A DNA stretch of 63,633 nt, the filler included, from Chrysochromulina tobinii (Eukaryota): NCBI GenBank assembly GCA_001275005.1. It is 6 parts of 6 records of this genome, joined end to end, with 100 filler letters (N's around TTAATTAATTAA, not from the genome) between each part and the next. Parts side by side here need not be neighbours in the genome. Positions count along the whole stretch, not along the records: positions 54,154 to 61,396 come from JWZX01001069.1; positions 61,497 to 63,633 come from JWZX01001105.1; 4 more parts are not named here. One strand, given 5' to 3'. Position 1 is the first letter of the stretch, and each line of letters opens with the position of its first letter. Both the position numbers and the translations under genes were made by a program. This document shows positions 55,701 to 63,633 of this stretch, piece after piece. The notes beneath the pieces were generated by a model. That model was given only the letters and a program-made list of their open reading frames with translations. It did no database searches and had not been told where the DNA came from.

Positions 55701-56143
55701 TTGCAGAAAGCTCCGCGCGTCACGCTCGGCGTCGCTCGAAGCGATGACGCGAAAGAACCGTTTTGTAGAGAGAGGAGACGTTTTGTTGCATTCTAGTTTT
55801 CAGCAATTTATCCGGATCTTAGCATTTTGGGGGGGTATGCATCCATTTTCCGCGTTCAAAAAAACCGTGTGCTAAGTTCTGTAGCGCCATATCGGTGCCT
55901 ACCCGTCTCCTGAGAGACAGTTGCATGCAAGCCGACACATTAACCAATTAGGGAACACCTAGAATCGTGGGACCCGATTTAGGTTGAATCGAACTGAGAC
56001 CAAGGCAGATCGTCCTCACCGACTCGTCCCAACTCGGCGCTATTAGTTCCACAACCCATGCCATCCATACGGAGAGGTTGGCAACTCAACAGTACGGTAC
56101 AGTCTGTGAGCCGCTCCGCGCCGCACCAAGTTGTCCAAGGGCC

Positions 56144-58197
56144 TCACGCAAAGACGCAATAGCCGTGCCGTTCCAAGATTTGCAGCACGGCAGCCACCGT
56201 CTTGAACCGCACCTTGAGCAGCGCACCATCCGGCCTCGCGCCCTCTGAATTCGCACCTCTCCATGCCTGCCTCGCGCTGAAGTTGCTGGGCGCCGTACGA
56301 AGCCATTCCATCAGGGGCACCAGCGCGACCGGCGTACACAACTCCAGACGTAGCAAAGAGCCAAGCTCCTCATGTCCGAAATGGGAGTGAACCACGAAGA
56401 TCGCGTCGCTCGCGCTGGCCGCCGCGCATGTGTCGACAAAGAGGTCGGACGCGCCGGTCAGTCTCTCGTGCCCACCGCAGCGCGTCGGCAAGAGCCGCCC
56501 GCCACCCTTTTCTTGCGAGCCCAAGCTCGCCTCTGCCCCGTCCTCGCCCTCCTCGTACCCACCGCCCCTCCCCATCCCCAGCCCACCTCCCTTCCCCCTC
56601 CTTACCCCTTCCCCCTTGTACTCACCTCCCTTCCCCTTGCCTGCGCCCTTGGCTTCCTTGCCTTCCTCCTCCTCTTCCTCCTCCTCCTCCTCCTCGTCCT
56701 CCTCCTCGTCCTCCTCCTCCTCCTCGTCGTCCTCGTCGTCGTCGTTCAAGGTTCCGGGCGCCGTCTCGGGCAGTCGTATCAGGACGGCGAGCGGGCTGCG
56801 TGCGAATCGCGTGCCTCGCGTGATGGTGGTAGGATGGGCCGTCCCATCGCTTGATAGGCCATCGGATAGGCCGATGGCCGATGACGGTGGTAGGCGCATT
56901 CGAACCGTTCGCGGCAGCCCCAAACCCTCGGGCAGCAGCAGCGCGGGCGAGAGGGCGTGCAGTTCAGCCTGAGCGAGGGACAATAGAGGACCGAGCTGCC
57001 GCCGCCCATCGCTCATCGAATGCATGCAGAGCGGCGCCCTCGCGTCGCCGTGGGCGAGCAGCCGTTGGCGTAGTGCGTCCACGATGAGGTCGGCCCAACA
57101 CGTGCCCATCAAACTGATGTTGATCGAGACGGGGTCAATCAGCATGCAATCAGCATGCAGTCAGCATGCAGTCAGCATGCAGTCAGCATGCAGTCAGCAT
57201 GCAATCAGCATGCAATCAGCTCGCCCACCTGATGTTGATCGAGACGGAGTCTTCGACGCATTGGACGCGGTGCCACATGCCCGCGGGCACGTAGAGAACC
57301 GAGCCGGGGCGCAGTGTCACCTCCTCCGCGTCGTCGAAGAAGCTGCTTGGTGGCGCTGCATCGAAGGGACCTCTCGCATGCTGCGCATGCACCTGCACTC
57401 GGACGCCATCGGGCGTGCCATCAGATGGGCACTCGGATGCCATCAGAGGTGCACTCAGATACGCAACCAGACGCCCCCATCAGAGGCCCTCAGCGGCGCG
57501 CGTGCACCTTGGCCTGTTGCTCGGCGGCGGTGCGCACGGCGTGCGTGCCGTGACCCCACTGCGGCGTGCAGCCTCGGACCGGCACGCGCACCGCCGAGGG
57601 CTTGAGCCGCCAGCGCTTCTCGCCGCTCAGCTGAAGCGTAAAGTTCTCCATGAAGTCAAAGTGCCACTCGGTCACGTGGCCGGCGCGCGACACGAAGGTC
57701 TCCACCTCGCTCCGCGGCGCGCCGTCGGCGTAGAGCGCGCCAAAGGAGAGGCCCACCTGCTGCGATAGCGCCGTCACCAGCAGCTCGGACAGCTCCTCGG
57801 GCGCGCGGAAGTAGAGCGAGCCGCCGGCTCGGTGGCAGGCGAGGGCTGCCTCGCGGTCGGCCGTCTTGATGCTCTGGTTGGCGCCACGCGCGCCGCCACC
57901 ACCGGCGAGGCCGCGTGCAAACCACACGTGCACCTCCTCGGATGGCGACTCGCGCAGCAGTCGTCGCACCGACAGCTTGTGCAACTGCTCACGCACGAGG
58001 GCATCGATCCGACCACGGCCGCCGTGGACGGCGAGGGCCTTCTGACGCCAGTGGCGCCGCAGGAAGAGAGCCGGCGTGAGCGGATGGCACAGCTGCGCGA
58101 GGAGAGGGCAACGCGCGCCCTCGGAGCTGCCGATTGCCGGGCACGCGCGTCGCGCCGCTCGGCTCGCGAGCCGCTTTCGCGTGACGAAGACACCCAT
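56144..58197 (-). CDS. JmjC/cupin 2-oxoglutarate oxygenase; introns 57393-57507 and 57114-57228
   Basis: [52 protein letters not shown]. Confidence 0.85.
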
Positions 58198-58548
58198 TCT
58201 GTGGAATTTGGCGTTGGAATAAGTATGAATATGTGGGGGCGGTGGAGGAGCAGGGTTGCTGCTGCTGTTCAACACAACGCGGGAACACAAACACGAGGGC
58301 CACTGTCGCTATGGACGGAGGTGTGGCCGACACAACCCGTGCTAACACAACCCGTATTAACACTGGCCGTTAATCAGCGAAGCTTGGGGGAAGCACAGCA
58401 GGGCTCGTGGGTCCGAGTTCCATTAAAAAAAAGTCGGAGGGGAGGGGGGGGAGGTCGCCTGGACCGGGGAAGGTCAACGGCTTCCTCCGTCGCCTTTCGG
58501 AGTGCGTTCTTCAGAGTCTTTTTTCGCCGCGCCGCGACCAACTGCTCC

Positions 58549-60132
58549 ATGGCTACCCCCGCCGTCAGGAACACCCCGAAGGCGACTGACCGGACACAGG
58601 AGAGGAGCGTGCGCGAGAGCAACATCATCGCCGCCAAGGCGGTCGCCGATGCGGTGCGCACGTCCCTCGGCCCGCGCGGTATGGACAAGATGATCCAATC
58701 GCCGTCGGGCGAGGTGGTGATCACCAATGACGGGGCGACGATCCTGAAGAAGATGCAGGTGTCGCACCCGACCGCGAAGATGCTCGTCAACCTCTCTGCA
58801 TCGCAGGACGTCGAGGCCGGCGACGGCACCACCACCGTGACCGTCATTGCCGGGGCGATGCTGAACGCGGCCGAGCTGATGCTCAAGAAGGGCATCCACC
58901 CGACGGTGATCTCGGAGTCGTTCCTGATGGCGTCGAAGAAGTCGGTCGAGATCCTCAAGGGTATGTCGGTGCCCGTCGACCTGGCCGACCGGGACCAGCT
59001 CATCAAGGCAGCATCCACCTCGCTCAACTCGAAGGTCATCTCGAACAACGCGAGCTTGCTCGCTCCCCTGGCAGTGGATGCGCTGCTCTCGATCCTGCAG
59101 CCGAACGCGACGAATGTGGACCTGAAGGACATCGCCGTCGTCAAGCGGCTTGGTGGCACCATTGACGACACCGAGCTCGTCAAGGGCCTCGTCTTCACGC
59201 AGAAGGCGACCCATGCGGCCGGCGGCCCAACCAAGGTGGTCGACGCCAAGATCGGGCTGATCCAATTCTGCCTGTCGGCGCCCAAGACGGACATCGAGCA
59301 GAACATCGTCGTCTCGGACTACTCGCAGATGGACCGTATCCTCAAGGAGGAGCGCAAGTACATCCTCGACATGTGCAAGACCATCTCGAAGAGCGGCTGC
59401 AACGTACTCCTCATCCAAAAGTCGATCCTGCGCGACGCGGTCAATGAGCTCTCGCTGCACTTTTTGGCGAAGATGAAGATCTTGGTGGTCAAGGACATCG
59501 AGCGCGAGGACGTCGAATTCATCTGCAAGACGTGCGGCTGCGTGCCCATCGCAAACGTCGACACGTTCCACGCGGAGAAGCTCGGCAAGGCCGACCTCGT
59601 GCAGGAGCAGACGACAGGCGAGGGCAAAGTGATCCGCATCGAGGGCGTGCCCGGCGCGGGCAAGACGTGCACGCTGCTGTGCAAGGCGTCGAACAAGCTC
59701 GTGCTCGACGAAAGCGAGCGCTCCCTCCACGACGCTCTCTGCGTGCTGCGTTGCCTCGTCAAGCAGCGCTTCCTCACGCCCGGCGGCGGCGCGCCCGAGA
59801 TGCAGCTGAGCTATCAGCTCTCCAAGTGGGCGAACACGCTCGAGGGCATGCAGCAGTACTGCGTGCGCGCGTTCGCCGAGGCGATGGAGGTCGTGCCGTA
59901 CACCCTCGCCGAGAACGCGGGCCTCGATGCCATCCAAGTCGTCACCGAGCTGCGCAACCGCCACGCCAACGGCGAGACCAACTGCGGCATCAACGTGCGC
60001 AAGGGGCGCGTGACGAACATCCTCGAGGAGCACGTGCTCGTGCCGTTGCTGGTGCACACGTCGGCCATCTCGCTCGCCACCGAGTGTGTTCGCCTCATCC
60101 TCAAGATTGATGACATCGTCATCACGCGCTGA
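58549..60132 (+). CDS. CCT4: T-complex protein 1 subunit delta
   Basis: [65 protein letters not shown]. Confidence 0.96.
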   Translation: MATPAVRNTPKATDRTQERSVRESNIIAAKAVADAVRTSLGPRGMDKMIQSPSGEVVITNDGATILKKMQVSHPTAKMLVNLSASQDVEAGDGTTTVTVIAGAMLNAAELMLKKGIHPTVISESFLMASKKSVEILKGMSVPVDLADRDQLIKAASTSLNSKVISNNASLLAPLAVDALLSILQPNATNVDLKDIAVVKRLGGTIDDTELVKGLVFTQKATHAAGGPTKVVDAKIGLIQFCLSAPKTDIEQNIVVSDYSQMDRILKEERKYILDMCKTISKSGCNVLLIQKSILRDAVNELSLHFLAKMKILVVKDIEREDVEFICKTCGCVPIANVDTFHAEKLGKADLVQEQTTGEGKVIRIEGVPGAGKTCTLLCKASNKLVLDESERSLHDALCVLRCLVKQRFLTPGGGAPEMQLSYQLSKWANTLEGMQQYCVRAFAEAMEVVPYTLAENAGLDAIQVVTELRNRHANGETNCGINVRKGRVTNILEEHVLVPLLVHTSAISLATECVRLILKIDDIVITR

Positions 60133-61396
60133 GCGGCCGAGAAAGTGAGGCGCCGGGCAGACACCGCCGGGCGGCAGAGCCAAGGACGTGGGCGACGCCG
60201 CCGGATGGCGCGGACAAGGTGGGGACGATGAGAGCGAGAGTCCCCGAGCTGGCGGGAGAAATGTCGAGGTGGAGAGCCCCCCCGGGACCCATCTATGAGG
60301 GGCGGGCTCTCTCCGTCCCTCGCAACGCGTTCGAGCGTCGTCGGTCCGCCAAGCGTCAAAGAGAAGTAAAAAGTGTAATCAGCAGGACTGTGGAGCCGTG
60401 AGGCTTGCCCTGTTTTTAAAGGTGATGTCACTGGAATCTGGTCCAAATACCAAAATCAGGTCGTGGAGGGGAGCGGATGCGAGATGGCCGAACTCGCACA
60501 CGGGACAGGGGTGACCGGTCCTCGTGTGCGCTAACCCTGCAGCCAGCAGGAACGCGTCTTCCACCGCGCCTTCGCCCGGCTTCCCCTCGCCTGGTGCACA
60601 TTTCCTGTCGAGTTCGCACCGCGGTCCGCGCCCGTCCCCGACCAGCACGCCGACCCTCGGCCCCGCGGCCGCGCCCGACCCGGTCGGGCTGAGTCACGTC
60701 ATGATGTTGAGGTGACGATGAGCACTGGTCACGAGGCGGTCAAAAATGATACCGACAGGCATCGCAAAGCGGCGGCGACTCACCTGCCTACATGCCTGCA
60801 GCGGCGCCCCTGTCGCCGTATCATGAAGCATGGCCTGCCGTAAACAGCTAAACATCCGGCGGTCCCCGATCAAAAGATCAAAAGTGATGGGGCCTTCCCA
60901 TCAAATGCATCCAAAGGGTAAAAGAGGTCCGCCCAGCCGACACCCGTGCAGTTGCCCGGGATCAACTTACCGGCAAACTCGAAAAGTGGGACCCAAATCG
61001 GTAAGAACTCGGTAGGCGGGACGTACGCTCATCGCATGAACACTGGCAGCCCAATGCGTACTGTGGTCGCGGTCAGATCGAGTGAGGGGTTACTATAGTT
61101 GGCGACCAGCTCAAAGGTTTTGCGCTGGTCGATCCACGAAGCGGCTGCGGTCAGTTTCATGGGCAAGCACGCAAAGAGGATCCAGGCGACGCAGCAAATG
61201 TAGAAGATCCAGTATTGGTTCATCATCCGGAAGTAGAGTGTCGCGTGGTGTAGGTTGGTGAGCGCGAGCTCCTTACGAATGTACTGAGAGATGGAGGGTA
61301 GAATTTGGTGGGGTGGGGCGAGCGGGAAACTGTGAGAAAGGCGGGGATAGGCGGGGGGGGGATGGGCGGGGAGGGGAAGGACGAGCGGCTGGGGCG

Positions 61397-61496
61397 NNNN
61401 NNNNNNNNNNNNNNNNNNNNNNNNNNNNNNNNNNNNNNNNTTAATTAATTAANNNNNNNNNNNNNNNNNNNNNNNNNNNNNNNNNNNNNNNNNNNN
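61397..61496. other. Assembly spacer
   Basis: N + TTAATTAATTAA + N. Confidence 0.97.
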
Positions 61497-63425
61497 CTGT
61501 CGTCCTCATCCAGGACCCGCTCATCGCCAAGCAGGCGTCCGACCTGCACGTCGACGCCCGCATGGAGGAGCGCAGGCTCGCAGACGCCGCCACCGCCGCC
61601 AAGGCTGGCGCGAAGCGCACCATGCCCCCCGCCGCCGCCTCCGCGCCTCCGAGCACTACCGCCGCCGCTGCGCAACCTGCGCCCACTGCGACCCCGGCTC
61701 TCAGCAAGCGCAAGGCGAAGCTCACCTTCGCCGCCGCCACGGCCGCAGGTTCGCCCGCTGCCGCCACGTCCACCGCCGTCGTCACCACCTCGGCTCCCAT
61801 CTCGTCGTCCCCGCCGCCTTCTCCGGCGCCTCACACGACCATCATCCCCCCGACCGACCCCACCGCTTGCGGCCGCCGAGTAGCTTGACAACTTCATCGT
61901 ATTTGATGTCGAGCGAGAGGAAGCCGATGGCGAGCGAGTTGATCTCCGCGCTGACTTGGGCAGCTCGGACATCAACGACGACGGTCTCGATCTGCTCCTT
62001 AGCCCATTCGAGGAGGCCATCGTGCGCATCGACGATTGAGGCGGCGACGAGGGCTGATGAGAGGGGAGGTAGAGAGAGGGAGGGGAGACGAGATGAGATG
62101 AGGTGAGACGGGATGAGTGAAGATGGGAGGAGGTGGATGAGATGGGATGGATGAGTGGAGAGAGAGGAGAGGATTGTGCGGGATGAGGGTTGTTGGGGTG
62201 CTGCCGCCAGTGGTAAGCGAGTGCGTTCCACCGCGGGCTCATGCATTTGGGGATCGGGATGGATGTGCGGGCAGATGGATGTGCGAGGAGGTGGAATGGG
62301 AGAGATGGGTGCGAGCGTACACTTGTTGGGCATCGTGCCGGACACAGTGCCGTCGGAGAGGAGGTAGGTGAGGGCCGGACCTCCGTATGATGAGTCGCGG
62401 ATCCGGCGAGCCTCGCCGATGGCGTCGGCGATTTTGGTGGCGGCGGCTTCGGCGGCGATGATGGGAGCAGCGGTGAGGCAGCCGATGGTGGCGCCGGAAG
62501 CGGCGGTGGATCGGGGCTTCCCGGAGGTGGATGCTTTCGGGATAACCGAGCGGTCCGTCTCGTCGCGGGTCGCGGGCGTGGAAGATGATCGAGGGGCTGT
62601 GCGGGCTTCGCGGGCGGCGTCGGCGGTGGAGCGCAGGCGGCGCCCGGCTTCGAGCCAGGAGGAAGGGGGAGAGAGCCACATTGGTAGCGTGGATCCCCCA
62701 GGTGCAGCGGCTTGCGCGGCGGCAAGGATGAGCATCCACTGCTCGGCGGCTTGCGCTGCCAGGCCGGCGGCGTCAGCGGAGAAGAAGGCGTCGGGAGGTG
62801 GCTTGCCGGCGGCAAGGGAGATGGCGGTGGTGAGATCGCAGTCAGGCTTGCCGAAGGAATCGGCGATGGCGTGAATGATCTCGACGGCGGAGAAGTGCTC
62901 GGAGCCGGCGACGATGAGCCCCTCGAATGAGCGAGGGGCTGGATGAGAGGTGCCCAAGGGTGCTCCGATGGGGATGGTTGGCGAGGCGAATCCCAAGTGG
63001 GGGCCGAAGCTGGATGAGGGAGGTGGGAAGTGCGGCGGCGGCGGCACGAACCCGTTGGTGCGCAGCGTTGCGCTGATGGAGGCGATGGCGGTGTCCATCT
63101 GGACGGTGGTGAGGCCGACCGCTCCGCTGAGCAGGCGGCGCGCCTCGATCTGGAAGGGATCGGGGGCGGGGATGGCGGCTGCGAGGGCGGCTGCGATGGC
63201 GGCGGGCCGGCGGCTACCGGGTCGACGGCGGGAGCCGAGGCGGGTGGGGCTGCGTAGCGAGCTGCAATGGCCTCGGCGGCCTGAAGCTGTTGGCCGATGT
63301 GACGGCCGGTCTCGGCTAGGCCGATCGCGACGCCGTGGGCAGCCAAGTTGGCGTTGGCGGTGATGATGATGGCGTGGTGTGCGGATATAGCGTCGATGGC
63401 GGCGGAGAACGCGGCGAAGAAGGGA

Positions 63426-63633
63426 GTAGTGTAGTTTTTTCCCAAAAGTGGTGTAGTTTTTTCCCATACGCATTCCAGTGCATATTATTGCATTCTGATG
63501 CATTTTCAACAATTTCATTGCATTCCATCCTATTGCATTCTTCATCTGCTGCATGGCACTGCATACTTTTGCATTTTGACGCATTCACATATGTTGCATT
63601 CTGGTATTGGTGCATTTGCTTGCCTTCATACGC
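63426..63633. repeat. AT-rich degenerate (TGCAT/GCATT)n array preceded by duplicated GTGTAGTTTTT(T)CCCA
   Basis: Abrupt compositional shift with many gcatt units. Confidence 0.65.

Noticed and set aside
61029..61226. Hydrophobic 65-aa ORF at a piece end
   Set aside because: Too short and unsupported.

Overview
GC-rich, gene-dense eukaryotic genomic DNA. It is most consistent with a haptophyte alga (Chrysochromulina-like; inferred from gene repertoire, SPPP/CDDGG proteins and intron style). The window is six pieces joined by five 100-nt N spacers containing TTAATTAATTAA, so adjacency across spacers is not biological evidence. Recognisable genes: an acylated IQ-motif protein, TPR + class I methyltransferase, F-box protein, Cj0069-like ATP-grasp protein, TIM-barrel isomerase-like protein, amino-acid transporter, GT90 glycosyltransferase, alpha-tubulin acetyltransferase, cytochrome P450, glyoxalase II-like hydrolase, Dim1-like protein, GH76, cold-shock protein, ZZ-finger protein, an intron-rich coiled-coil gene, armadillo-repeat protein, beta-helix surface protein, GT2/GT92-like protein, JmjC protein and CCT4. 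The main signal is an apparent intron-building process. Many predicted introns combine a shared short splice cassette (acceptor type ~GAGTGCATGCTGATTGCCTCCCTCATCAG; donor type GTGAGTCTCGTTAAT) with a duplicated piece of the adjacent exon that supplies the other splice site. Some introns are stacked GT..AG units. Other findings include an in-frame TAG in an otherwise intact ATP-grasp gene, a ~90-bp segment shared in opposite orientation by two genes, a GAP-43-like protein and a 53-bp TIR/TSD micro-element. All gene and intron models were read by eye and lack transcript support.
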